From Candidatus Thalassarchaeum sp. (GTDB taxonomy: Archaea; Thermoplasmatota; Poseidoniia; Poseidoniales; Thalassarchaeaceae), in NCBI GenBank assembly GCA_022449345.1, contig JAKURL010000004.1:19981-83980 (forward strand): DNA of 64,000 bases, in the 5' to 3' direction. Under the pieces are notes generated by a model. That model did not search any database, had not been told where the DNA came from, and was given only the letters and a program-made list of their open reading frames with translations. Below are positions 38,341-47,739 of the stretch, one piece after another. Made by a program: the position numbers and the translations under genes. The stretch's first letter is position 1, and every line of letters starts with the position of its first letter.

Positions 38341-39555
38341 TCAGCGACGTTTTCTTCGCTGTTTTGCCTTGCGTCGAGCAAGATCCTTCTTTTCGTCTTC
38401 ATTTCCTATTCGCTCAATCGTCCAGTCCTGCATCTTTGTCGATGCAGAATACACTAGGCTCAGAACTACTAGCCCAGTAGCGGCTGGAATTGCGATTACA
38501 ATCCACAGGCTGAGAATACCCGTCGATCCCGATGAAGGTGGCGAATATTGATTCAGATAGCCACGGCTAGTGACTATCCAACCGGTATCAGTTCCAGTGG
38601 CCCAAGTTCCTACGATTCGGTCGCTGGAAACATTGAGGTCATCAATATCTGAGTGCTCAAGCCAAGGGAAAGAGGAATTGAGGCTGACATCGTGCTCTAT
38701 TAGGCTCGTAGGAGTAGTGGCAATAAGTGTGCGATCGCCTTGCTGCGCCTCTATACCTACGAAGTAAACATCTAAATCCGGAAGTCTGCTAATACTCGGA
38801 ATTGAAGCGGATAAATCCTCTGGATTCAACTCAATATGGGCAATCACCTGATTGTCAGCAACTGCGACACAGTAGGGAGTTTCTCCACTCGGGCATTCCA
38901 CTCCTGTCCAAGGATATCCTGTTCCTCCAACCCAAGTGAAAGTGTGGTCTCTTTGGATAATTCCAATCCCCTCAACCGCTGCTGCAACGACGCACATCAT
39001 GATAGTGTCATGACAATCCATAGCCATAATCGAACTTGTCCCAGAAGCCGAAAGAGAATGTAACTCAGCACCACCATCCGCGGTAACTCTCAATCGCCAA
39101 ATCTGCCCTTCTTCGGTGCCGACATAAGCCCAAGAGCCAGCGGTATTCCAAGCCACAGAAGTCATCTTCGCATAGCCGAGGTCCACATCGGATGCTGCCA
39201 TTTCTAGCGATTGATCCTGCTTAGCGTAACGAAGTACAACTCCATGTTCACCGACAATTAGCGCTGTTTGCCCAGCAGGGTGGAAGTCCGCATCAAGCAA
39301 TTCTTGAGATCCACTCCATGCCATCTCAACCTGTTGGGTAGGGTCCTTTGCATCCAAGACTCGGACATATCCGTCTTGACCGTAGACAACTGCGGTGTTT
39401 CCCTCTGAATCTACTTCAACTCCATTCAATCCGAGGTCTTCATCTGAGAGTGAGATGCCCTTGCCGAGTTCTACCGCAGAGACTGCCAATACGCTATGGG
39501 AGGCCAACATCACTACGATGAGAGATGCGAATAGTCCGCGTGTAACCTCGCCCAT
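38341..39555 (-). CDS. Secreted beta-propeller protein with C-terminal membrane anchor
   Basis: Signal-like N-terminus, blade repeats (DFHPAGQTALIVGEHG, VAWNTAGSWAYVG), C-terminal TM and basic tail. Confidence 0.7.
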   Translation of the reverse strand: MGEVTRGLFASLIVVMLASHSVLAVSAVELGKGISLSDEDLGLNGVEVDSEGNTAVVYGQDGYVRVLDAKDPTQQVEMAWSGSQELLDADFHPAGQTALIVGEHGVVLRYAKQDQSLEMAASDVDLGYAKMTSVAWNTAGSWAYVGTEEGQIWRLRVTADGGAELHSLSASGTSSIMAMDCHDTIMMCVVAAAVEGIGIIQRDHTFTWVGGTGYPWTGVECPSGETPYCVAVADNQVIAHIELNPEDLSASIPSISRLPDLDVYFVGIEAQQGDRTLIATTPTSLIEHDVSLNSSFPWLEHSDIDDLNVSSDRIVGTWATGTDTGWIVTSRGYLNQYSPPSSGSTGILSLWIVIAIPAATGLVVLSLVYSASTKMQDWTIERIGNEDEKKDLARRKAKQRRKRR

Positions 39556-39656
39556 GCCACTCGCACTGTGGAACTCGGTTTAGGCATGTGGGATGGCTTA
39601 GAAGAGTAGTGTCTTCTGTGGCAGGATTGAAGAATGGTTCAGCATCGCGAGTGCTC

Positions 39657-40175
39657 ATGGAGAGATTCGAGGTCAAGCGCGGACTAATCAAACAGGTAAC
39701 AGCAGAAGGAGGTCTTGCTGCATTAGCGAACAGACATTTTGAGGTTGTTGAGGCAAATGGAGACAACTCCTTTACCGGCTCCCACGACATCATGACTTCA
39801 ATCTCCGGACACTATTCGGACAAAGGCGCTCTAATCGTAAATGTGACTAATGTACCACCTAATTTCGATGATGCCGACGCAATGGCTCGCGCGCAAGATA
39901 CCCGAAGGCGCTGGACTACCTTCCTCGACCAATCAACCGGCTACAATTCAAAAAAGCGCGGAGACAAGGCAAAAGAATGGGCAAAGAAGGCCTCTAAGGC
40001 CAAATCAGCGGTTTCTGCTGCCCGTCACTTCATGGGTATGACCCACAATCTTTCTGACGAGGTGCGAGTTCAAGCTGAGGACCTAATCGCAGAAATCGAG
40101 GCCGCACTAGAGGACAAGGATAACACTCGCGCGGCCGGAAGAGGCGAGAAACTCAACAAACTGCTAGACGCCTGA
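39657..40175 (+). CDS. Conserved archaeal protein, DUF5611/COG4004-like, with C-terminal helical extension
   Basis: MERFEVKRG ... WTTFLDQSTGYNSKKR signature; start at ATG 39657. Confidence 0.65.
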   Translation: MERFEVKRGLIKQVTAEGGLAALANRHFEVVEANGDNSFTGSHDIMTSISGHYSDKGALIVNVTNVPPNFDDADAMARAQDTRRRWTTFLDQSTGYNSKKRGDKAKEWAKKASKAKSAVSAARHFMGMTHNLSDEVRVQAEDLIAEIEAALEDKDNTRAAGRGEKLNKLLDA

Positions 40176-40184
40176 GTGATTCCG

Positions 40185-41306
40185 ATGACAGCCGACGATA
40201 CGCCAAATGATCTCGCCCCAGAGGTCCGAGCATCCATCGATAGAATGTTTGCAAATGTCGAGGAAGTAGTCGGTATAGATCACCTCGCTGGAGTTCTTTC
40301 AGGCTCCAATAGCCATGGTGGCGACAACATAGTTCGGGCATACATTGGCTTAGAACCAAGTGGGAAAGCCCACCTTGGATGGGTTATTTTGGCCGAAACT
40401 ATTCGAAACATGCTCTCAGAGGGTGTCAATGTGCTAATTCTGCTTGCAGATTGGCATGCATGGGTTAACGATAAGTTCGGCCGAGACATGGAGAAAATTT
40501 CCGTCGCCGGTGAATATATGTCTGAGGTATTCCGAGTTCTACTCGATTTCCCAGAGGAAGGCGACGACTCTAGTCAATTACGATTTATGAGTGCGAGTGA
40601 AGTGATGGATTCTGGCGCTTATTGGGAACGCGTTCTACGATGCTCGAAAGGTATGAGCCTCAACCGAGCCCGTCGAACTTTCAGCATCATGGGACGAACT
40701 GAAGATTCCTCCGATGATGATTTAGCCGCCTTCTTCTATCCTCCAATGCAGGCGGCTGATATCTTCGAATTGGATATTGATATCGCCTTTGGTGGCATGG
40801 ATCAGCGTAAGGCGCACATGTACATGCGCGAGGTTGCAGATAGAAATGGCTGGACAAAGGCGACTTGTATCCACACGCCTATGCTTTCTGGGCTGAAGGG
40901 TCAGACTGGTGGAAGAATGGATTCATTCGATCATAAGATGTCAAAATCAGATTCTGGCAATGCTATCTTTGTTCACGACACGCCTAAGCAGATTGAGAGT
41001 AAGTTCCGCAAGGCATTCCTCGAAGTTGGTAACCCGGTATCTCCTGTATTCGAAATCGCAGCACATATCGTAATGCCCCACAACGGAGAATTGCGTGTGA
41101 AGCCAAAACCCGAATTTGGCGAACCAAGCACTTGGACAGATATGGAATCATTTGTCGCAGCAGTAGGTAGTGGCGAGATTCATCCATTCGATGCTAAAAT
41201 GGCGGTTGCTAGGGGCCTTACTGAGGTACTTTCCCCAGTTGTAGAGCATTTTGAGCGAAACAGCGGACTCCTAGATGCTGTAAATCAGATGACCGGCTCG
41301 CAGTAA
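40185..41306 (+). CDS. tyrS: Tyrosyl-tRNA synthetase, archaeal type
   Basis: YIGLEPSGKAHLG, ADWHAWVNDK, YPPMQAADI, GGMDQRKAH, KMSKS. Confidence 0.96.
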   Translation: MTADDTPNDLAPEVRASIDRMFANVEEVVGIDHLAGVLSGSNSHGGDNIVRAYIGLEPSGKAHLGWVILAETIRNMLSEGVNVLILLADWHAWVNDKFGRDMEKISVAGEYMSEVFRVLLDFPEEGDDSSQLRFMSASEVMDSGAYWERVLRCSKGMSLNRARRTFSIMGRTEDSSDDDLAAFFYPPMQAADIFELDIDIAFGGMDQRKAHMYMREVADRNGWTKATCIHTPMLSGLKGQTGGRMDSFDHKMSKSDSGNAIFVHDTPKQIESKFRKAFLEVGNPVSPVFEIAAHIVMPHNGELRVKPKPEFGEPSTWTDMESFVAAVGSGEIHPFDAKMAVARGLTEVLSPVVEHFERNSGLLDAVNQMTGSQ

Positions 41307-41395
41307 TGCGATTACAGTTCAGCACATTAGCCTGAATCGACGCCACAGGTATCATAACCCTCCCCTCACGGCGGGCGAGCGAAGGAGAAGAGACC

Positions 41396-42946
41396 ATGGC
41401 AGGCGTTGGAATCGATGACATCGCAATTCACTTTCCGAAGCTTTACTTTGACATGAAGGACTTCGCTGAGTTCCGCGGTGCTGATTTTGGCAAACTAAAC
41501 AAAGGTCTGGGACTAACTGCAATGGCTATCCCTGACGCTCACGAAGATACTGCCACAATGGGTGCAAATGCCTGTGCTCGACTAATCGACAGAAATGAGT
41601 TAGCCCCAAGAAAAATTGGACGAATTTACCTTGGCACAGAGTCCGCTCTTGACGGTGCAAAGCCAACTGCCACTTACATCATGGATATGCTAGAACAGCG
41701 CTACGATGACACCTACGGCAAGGATTGCTTCCGCAATTGTGACGTCGTCGACCTAACCTTCGCTTGTATTGGGGCCGTAGATGCAATGCACAACACATTG
41801 GATTGGGTTGCGCGAGGTGGAGTAGAACAGGATCGAATCGGTATTGTCGTATTCGCTGATAATGCCAAGTACGATCTCGGCTCATCCGGTGAATACACAC
41901 AGGGCGCAGGTGGAGGAGCCATTCTGATTCGCCACAACCCGCGCTTAATCGAAATCCCCGACAACTGGGGAGTCTCAACAATGCCGGTTCATGACTTCTT
42001 CAAGCCTCGAAGAGAGATTGAGATGAAGACAGTCGTCGAGAATGTCTTGGACCTTGCAGAAGAAGCAGGTGAACCGAAGAAGGAAGGATTGGTCGAAAAA
42101 ATTCTAGCAATCCTGCCTAAGTCTTCGAAGAAAGACGATATCATGTTTGAATCACACACATTGAAGATTCACAAAGACACACCGGTTTTCGACGGCGCTT
42201 TCTCAAACCGCTGTTATTCAGAATCAGTCAAGACCGCATTCATCGATTTCCGTCAGAAGGCAATCAACTCAGGACGATATGACCCAGAGAACGATGAGAT
42301 TCTCACTGAACAGTGGAATCGAATCATTGTCCACCTACCATACGCTTTCCAAGGCAAGAGAATGTTCCCTGACGTTTTCCGCCACGACAGGCGTCATTTA
42401 CCAATGTGGGAGAATATAGTCTCCGAGATTGGTCCAGAACCTTTCCCAGAAGACTTCCAGGACTCGCCAGAGGGCCTTGAAGAATTTGAGAGAGCCAACG
42501 ACTCTTATCGCCGCTTAATTTCCAAGACAGATGAGTTCAAGGAATTCATTGACCGTAGAATTGAGAAGACGCAAAGAGCGTCCAGCCTAATCGGCAATCA
42601 GTACACCGGTTCCATCTTCCTAGCTCTGATGTCAACCATGGAATCAGATTACCTCGATGGAACGGAGATGGAAGGTAAGCAGGTCGGCCTTTGTGGATAT
42701 GGATCTGGAGCTAAAGCCAAGGTTTTCGAAGGAATAGTTCAGCCGGAGTGGAAGGAAATTGCAAGCCGCTTCTCGCTATTCGCGAGACTGTCTTCTAGAA
42801 CTCCACTAGACAAGGACGTTTACGAAAGGTTGCACCGCGGTTCACAGAAGGATTCTGTGGTTATTCCAGCAAAGGAATTCGCGTTGGTAGGAATTGGCCG
42901 AGAAGGCAATCTTGAGGGGCAGAGAGAATACAGTTGGGTAGAGTAG
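41396..42946 (+). CDS. Hydroxymethylglutaryl-CoA synthase, bacterial (Bacteroidetes-like) type
   Basis: GTESALDGAKP, FAC catalytic Cys, AKYD..S.GEYTQGAG, DFFKP, PVFDG.FSN.CY, HLPY, GN.YTGS, YGSG. Confidence 0.92.
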   Translation: MAGVGIDDIAIHFPKLYFDMKDFAEFRGADFGKLNKGLGLTAMAIPDAHEDTATMGANACARLIDRNELAPRKIGRIYLGTESALDGAKPTATYIMDMLEQRYDDTYGKDCFRNCDVVDLTFACIGAVDAMHNTLDWVARGGVEQDRIGIVVFADNAKYDLGSSGEYTQGAGGGAILIRHNPRLIEIPDNWGVSTMPVHDFFKPRREIEMKTVVENVLDLAEEAGEPKKEGLVEKILAILPKSSKKDDIMFESHTLKIHKDTPVFDGAFSNRCYSESVKTAFIDFRQKAINSGRYDPENDEILTEQWNRIIVHLPYAFQGKRMFPDVFRHDRRHLPMWENIVSEIGPEPFPEDFQDSPEGLEEFERANDSYRRLISKTDEFKEFIDRRIEKTQRASSLIGNQYTGSIFLALMSTMESDYLDGTEMEGKQVGLCGYGSGAKAKVFEGIVQPEWKEIASRFSLFARLSSRTPLDKDVYERLHRGSQKDSVVIPAKEFALVGIGREGNLEGQREYSWVE

Positions 42947-42948
42947 AC

Positions 42949-44196
42949 CTATCCTAATATTCCGGATAATTCATCGACGAACCTATCGATCTCTTCGGCA
43001 GTATTGTAGTGCAGTATTCCTACTCTGAGCGCACCTTCTGGTTCAAGCCCTAGTGCCTCGGATAATTCCAATGCGTAGAAATTCCCTGCCCAAGCAAAAA
43101 TACCCTGCTCAGCTAGAGCCGCCCCGATTTTCTCAGCGGTCATCGAAGGATGAGTGAAGGAGACCGTCGGGGCTCTATGCTGTTTCATCGAAGGGTCAGT
43201 TATGCCCCAAATCTTCAATCCATCTATTGTTTGTAGTCCTTCAATCATTTTCCAGCACAATTCTCTCTCGTATTCCTCAATTGCAGAAAACGCAACACTG
43301 AGAGCCTCTCTTCGACTCATTCCCTCACCAGAAAGCATTCTTCCTAGCCAAGCCAAATGCTCGATAGCGGCTAGAGTTCCAGCCATCGATTCATGACCTT
43401 GTGTTCCGGTCATCCATCTGAATGGAACCTCCTCTGAAGATACTCGTAATTTAGCCACGGGGAGCTCACCCAATCTGTCAAATCGACCCCAAAGAATACC
43501 TTGGTGGGTTCCGAAGAACTTGTACGAAGAGCAAGCGAGGTAATCACAGCCCATTGCGCCCACATCGATTAGTCCGTGAGGTGCATAATGCACCGCGTCC
43601 ACGAATACCTCGGCATCTATCGAATGGGCCTTGGAACAAATCCCCTTGACATCGTTAATTGTGCCAGAGAAATTAGATGCAGCACCAATTGCAACCATCA
43701 CCGTATTCTCGTTGATGCTTTCCTCGATGGTCTCAACACGGAGGGTGCAATCTGCAGGGTCGATGTCGATCCACCTCACTGTTGCGCCAGACCACTGCGC
43801 TGCTAGCACCCAAGGTCGAACATTTGCATCGTGGTCAGATCGGGTAACCACGACTTCGTCATTGGGCCCCCAGGTTCGACTGAGAGCGCTAGCAAGTTGA
43901 ATTGTCAGACTGGTCATATTCTGACCGAATACAATTTCCCGATGGTCATCGCAACCGATCAAATCTGCACATGCCCGCATGGTTTCCTCAATTAGTTCAT
44001 CAGTTTCTTTCGAGGTTGCGAATGACATACCAACGTTGGCGTTCTGATGCAAGAGATAATGCTTCACCGCGTCCCCAACGGATTCGGGAGATTGACTTCC
44101 CCCGGGGCCATCGAAAAAAATCGCTTGTTGGCCATTTATCTGACGATTTAGACCAGGGAATCGAGAACGAATCTGCTCTATCGGGTAATCCGACAT
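42949..44196 (-). CDS. Cysteine desulfurase-like class V PLP protein (VC1184-type subfamily)
   Basis: FFDGPGGSQ, FGQNMTSL, DHDANVRPW, VDAVHYAPH, CSSYKFFG, GNFYA. Confidence 0.85.
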   Translation of the reverse strand: MSDYPIEQIRSRFPGLNRQINGQQAIFFDGPGGSQSPESVGDAVKHYLLHQNANVGMSFATSKETDELIEETMRACADLIGCDDHREIVFGQNMTSLTIQLASALSRTWGPNDEVVVTRSDHDANVRPWVLAAQWSGATVRWIDIDPADCTLRVETIEESINENTVMVAIGAASNFSGTINDVKGICSKAHSIDAEVFVDAVHYAPHGLIDVGAMGCDYLACSSYKFFGTHQGILWGRFDRLGELPVAKLRVSSEEVPFRWMTGTQGHESMAGTLAAIEHLAWLGRMLSGEGMSRREALSVAFSAIEEYERELCWKMIEGLQTIDGLKIWGITDPSMKQHRAPTVSFTHPSMTAEKIGAALAEQGIFAWAGNFYALELSEALGLEPEGALRVGILHYNTAEEIDRFVDELSGILG

Positions 44197-44200
44197 ACCA

Positions 44201-45376
44201 TCACTCCGGAGCGATGGAGCGGTTGATTACGATTCTCTGAACCTCTTGAGTTCCTTCGTAAATCTGAGTGATTTTTGCGTCGCGGAAGAATCGCTCAACT
44301 GGGAAATCTGTAGTGTAACCATATCCACCAAGAACTTGTACAGCACGTTCAGATACCCACATCGCTGTATCACCGGCGAATAATTTCGCCATACTAGCCT
44401 CCATCGAGTGTCTAGGCCCACCTCCCTCATAGTGCCGTTGTTTGGCCCAAGCTGCCTTGTAGACCATGTGTCTGGCCGCTTCGGTCTGGGTTGCCATATC
44501 GGCTAGGTAGTTCCCAATACTCTGGTGATGAGCAATGGGCTTACCAAATGCAACGCGCTGGTGAGCATAATTTAGCGCCGACTCATAGGCACCTTGAGCA
44601 ATTCCTAGTGCCTGAGCAGCAATACCAATTCGTGAGTTATCTAGAGCGTTCATGGCGATAGGGAATCCTTTGCCAGGTTCTTTCAGTACATTCTCTATAG
44701 GAATCTTACAGTCCTCTAGTAAGAGTGCACAGGTATCTGAGGAACGGATTCCCAATTTGTCCTCTTTCTTTCCAACGCTAAATCCTTCCATACTTGAATC
44801 TACGATGAATGCAGTAGTTCCACCATGCTTTTTAACACCATAATCGGGATGGTCAACATCCTTTGCGAAAAGCACGTATATATCAGCAGTGATTCCATTT
44901 GTGACCCACATCTTCTCTCCATTGAGAATGTAATGAGTTCCATCATCGCTGAGCTTGGCTCTGCAACCAAGCGCTGCTGCATCAGTTCCTGCACCCGCTT
45001 CTGAGAGTGAGTAAGCGCCAATTTCTCCCGCAGCCAAGCGGGTTAGGTAGCGCTGTTTCTGGTCTTCATTACCATGCAGCGCAATGGTCATCGAACAGAG
45101 TCCAACGTGGACACAGAACATTACCGAGAACGATGGGTCTACCCTTGCTAGTTCCTCAACGATAATTGCTTCAGAGATATCATCGATTGGATTTCCACTA
45201 TATTCTTCAGGAATTGTAATTCCTTGTAATCCATATTCACAGAAGGCTTTCCACTCTTCCAGTGGGGGCTTTTGGTCTCGATCTCGCTCTAAACAAGTTG
45301 GTGCTAGAACCTCTTCTGCAAAGTCACGAACCATCTCTCGAATCATGCTCTGTTCTTCCGTTTCGGCAAAGTCCAT
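44201..45376 (-). CDS. Acyl-CoA dehydrogenase (short/branched-chain-like)
   Basis: YSLSEAGAGTDA, NGEKMWVTNG, EDKLGIRSS, RIGIAAQALG, RDAKITQIYEGT. Confidence 0.92.
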   Translation of the reverse strand: MDFAETEEQSMIREMVRDFAEEVLAPTCLERDRDQKPPLEEWKAFCEYGLQGITIPEEYSGNPIDDISEAIIVEELARVDPSFSVMFCVHVGLCSMTIALHGNEDQKQRYLTRLAAGEIGAYSLSEAGAGTDAAALGCRAKLSDDGTHYILNGEKMWVTNGITADIYVLFAKDVDHPDYGVKKHGGTTAFIVDSSMEGFSVGKKEDKLGIRSSDTCALLLEDCKIPIENVLKEPGKGFPIAMNALDNSRIGIAAQALGIAQGAYESALNYAHQRVAFGKPIAHHQSIGNYLADMATQTEAARHMVYKAAWAKQRHYEGGGPRHSMEASMAKLFAGDTAMWVSERAVQVLGGYGYTTDFPVERFFRDAKITQIYEGTQEVQRIVINRSIAPE

Positions 45377-45495
45377 CTCGATTCCTCATATCACCGAGAA
45401 AGCCCCCGTTGTTAATACATCGTAAGTAGCGATAACTCGCTTATATCTAGAACGAATAATTCAAATTGGAGTCCATTAGCGGAGCCTCGGAGATA

Positions 45496-46005
45496 ATGAT
45501 GTCGGAGTCGGACTACTTCGAGTTTGGAGTCGCCCACGATCGCCGTTACACCCTTGAACACCTTTGGCTTCAATTGCTAGATGAAAAGGATGGAACCGTA
45601 AAGGTAGGAATGTCAGAATTCCTGCGCGCAGAGTACGGAGACGTAGTCCGTGTTATTTTGCCTCATCCACAAGACACGAGTGAGTTCGTTCTCGACGACG
45701 AAGGCACGGCTGGAATCCGTGATGATGGTGAGGAAGAAGGCGGAACAGAACCCGTCTCAACAGGAGATGAAATTGGTATCGGCGAATTACTAATCACTCT
45801 CCGTACGGTATCTGATAGAGTTCTGATCAATTCTCCATTCCCTTGCAAGGTGCTTGAACTCAATGGAGAAGTCGAAGATAATGCAGACCTTGCAAACGAT
45901 GACGCCTATGGTGATGGTTGGTTCCTAATCGTCAAGCCACACGAGTTTGATGAGAATCAATTCCTCGACGCAACTGAGTACATTGAATACCTAAATGAGT
46001 TGTGA
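45496..46005 (+). CDS. Glycine cleavage H-protein-like protein lacking the lipoylated Lys
   Basis: RYTLEHLW, VKVGMSEF..GDVV, INSP..KVLELN, N.D.YGDGWF; the ESVKA site reads RTVSD. Confidence 0.8.
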   Translation: MMSESDYFEFGVAHDRRYTLEHLWLQLLDEKDGTVKVGMSEFLRAEYGDVVRVILPHPQDTSEFVLDDEGTAGIRDDGEEEGGTEPVSTGDEIGIGELLITLRTVSDRVLINSPFPCKVLELNGEVEDNADLANDDAYGDGWFLIVKPHEFDENQFLDATEYIEYLNEL

Positions 46006-47244
46006 TTATGGCCAGGCCAGAGCAGGCCACGTATCGGGTTCTCCTGACTGCCAATCGATGGTTTCGATCAGGGAAAGAACTTCATCGGCGCTACCTAGAT
46101 TGTCTTCGATTTGTCTCCTGTGAAGCCACCCCTTTAGTCGCCCAAGTCTAACTCCTGCTTCCAAGCCTGTGATTTGCATCAAATCTTCTCCACCAACCAA
46201 TGGCTTGTTGCCTGCAATCAATGGTTCAACTTCAGAAGCGGCTTGGGCAAAATCCTCTCCTAATTTACCGAAGTATGCCACAACTTCCTGCTTCATCGAG
46301 TCCGATAAGGCCGAGTTAAATCTTCTAAACGACTCAACCTCATGATTTAGGTCAGCGATTTGCAATTCGTGCAAAAAGGATATTGTGGAAGTCTCATCAT
46401 TAGAAAGTCTAAGAATATTCTTCAGATGGCCGGCAAGTTTTGTCCCTGAGCGATTATCATTTCTGCACAAAATAGCAAGATCGACTGCAGGGATTCCCGA
46501 AAACCGCTCAAATCCAGAGGCTCCTCCAAAAATGGTTTCGGGAATCACCTGAATTAGTATATTGGAATTTGCCATTAACTCAATCACTTCTGTGCGGCCG
46601 GTTCCTTGCATTATTCTCGATAACTCAGCCCACTTCCGCTCAGATGATACCTTGCTAAGCATATGCAAATTATCTCCAATCGCCGCTTGTAATTCCGAAT
46701 CTAGGCTTCTAGATCCTAATTTACCTGCGTCGAGGAATCGGAAAGCCCTCATGATTCTCAAGCCATCCTCAGAGATTCTCTCGTGGGCATTTCCGACCGC
46801 ACGGACTACTCCGGCCACAAGGTCCTCCATTCCACCAAATTCATCGATTAAGTCGCCACTTCTAGGGTCTAGGGCCATGGCGTTGATTGTGAAGTCCCGT
46901 CGAGCCAAATCTTCTATGATATCATCGCCAAATTCGACCTCGTCTGGTCGCCGACCATCTCCATAGGATCCATCAGTGCGCAGAGTAGTGTCTTCCCAAG
47001 ATTTTTCACTTTCCTCATCGAGCACCAGAATCGTTCCAAACGCCGCCCCTACGGGGATTGTCTTGTCAAATAATTCCGTTACAACTTCAGGGCGAAGATT
47101 TGTTGCAATATCCATTTCACCGGGCTCAAGGCTTTGCAGTGAATCTCTAACCCAACCACCAACAACCCAAGCATCACCTTGATCGCATAGCCTGTCTAGT
47201 ACTCGCCTATCGGAGGCTGTGAGTCGGCTCAGTAGGTCGCCCAT
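46006..47244 (-). CDS. cca: Class II tRNA nucleotidyltransferase (CCA-adding/poly(A) polymerase family)
   Basis: VVGGWVRD, EMDIAT, DLARRDFTINAMA, D.FGG..DL, EDGLRIMRAFRF, VSSER. Confidence 0.85.
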   Translation of the reverse strand: MGDLLSRLTASDRRVLDRLCDQGDAWVVGGWVRDSLQSLEPGEMDIATNLRPEVVTELFDKTIPVGAAFGTILVLDEESEKSWEDTTLRTDGSYGDGRRPDEVEFGDDIIEDLARRDFTINAMALDPRSGDLIDEFGGMEDLVAGVVRAVGNAHERISEDGLRIMRAFRFLDAGKLGSRSLDSELQAAIGDNLHMLSKVSSERKWAELSRIMQGTGRTEVIELMANSNILIQVIPETIFGGASGFERFSGIPAVDLAILCRNDNRSGTKLAGHLKNILRLSNDETSTISFLHELQIADLNHEVESFRRFNSALSDSMKQEVVAYFGKLGEDFAQAASEVEPLIAGNKPLVGGEDLMQITGLEAGVRLGRLKGWLHRRQIEDNLGSADEVLSLIETIDWQSGEPDTWPALAWP

Positions 47245-47318
47245 GACACTCCTCCTCGTAGTTCAAACATCAATCCGTCGGGCATTATGCCTATCTGTGA
47301 GGTCCCTTTTCGGGGGTC

Positions 47319-47732
47319 ATGGAGGTCGAGTTGGTGCCACTGGAGATCCTTCGCCCTCATGAGCAAATAATCGATAATAAGGTGGACCAATTAGAGCGTG
47401 TGACCCATCGCTGGAACGCGTACACAAAGCCACTTCTTCTAGATTTAGCGACCGGAACCATCCTTGATGGACACCATCGATACCGCGTTGCACAGAGGAT
47501 TGGTTTACTCTGTGTTCCATGTGTTCTAATCGATTATCTTGAAGACGACACGATAGAACTTGACCTTTGGCCTAATTCCGGTCGTGAAACAATTTCTAAG
47601 CAGGATGTTATCGATGCCGCTCTATCTGGAGAATTGATGCTGCCGAAGACCAGTAGGCATCGTCTTTCTGATCATCTTCCACCAATCGCTGTACCTCTTT
47701 CTAGATTGAGGCAACCAGCGGTTGATAATTGA
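47319..47732 (+). CDS. ParB/Srx-fold protein, minimal SerK/SbnI-like
   Basis: LRPHEQ, KPLLL, ILDGHHR, VLIDY, SKQDVI...GE..PKTSRH. Confidence 0.75.
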   Translation: MEVELVPLEILRPHEQIIDNKVDQLERVTHRWNAYTKPLLLDLATGTILDGHHRYRVAQRIGLLCVPCVLIDYLEDDTIELDLWPNSGRETISKQDVIDAALSGELMLPKTSRHRLSDHLPPIAVPLSRLRQPAVDN

Positions 47733-47739
47733 GTCGAAA

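Noticed and set aside
47319..47732. Chromosome-partitioning ParB
   Set aside because: No HTH or dimerisation domain and no parA nearby; motifs fit the SerK/SbnI branch
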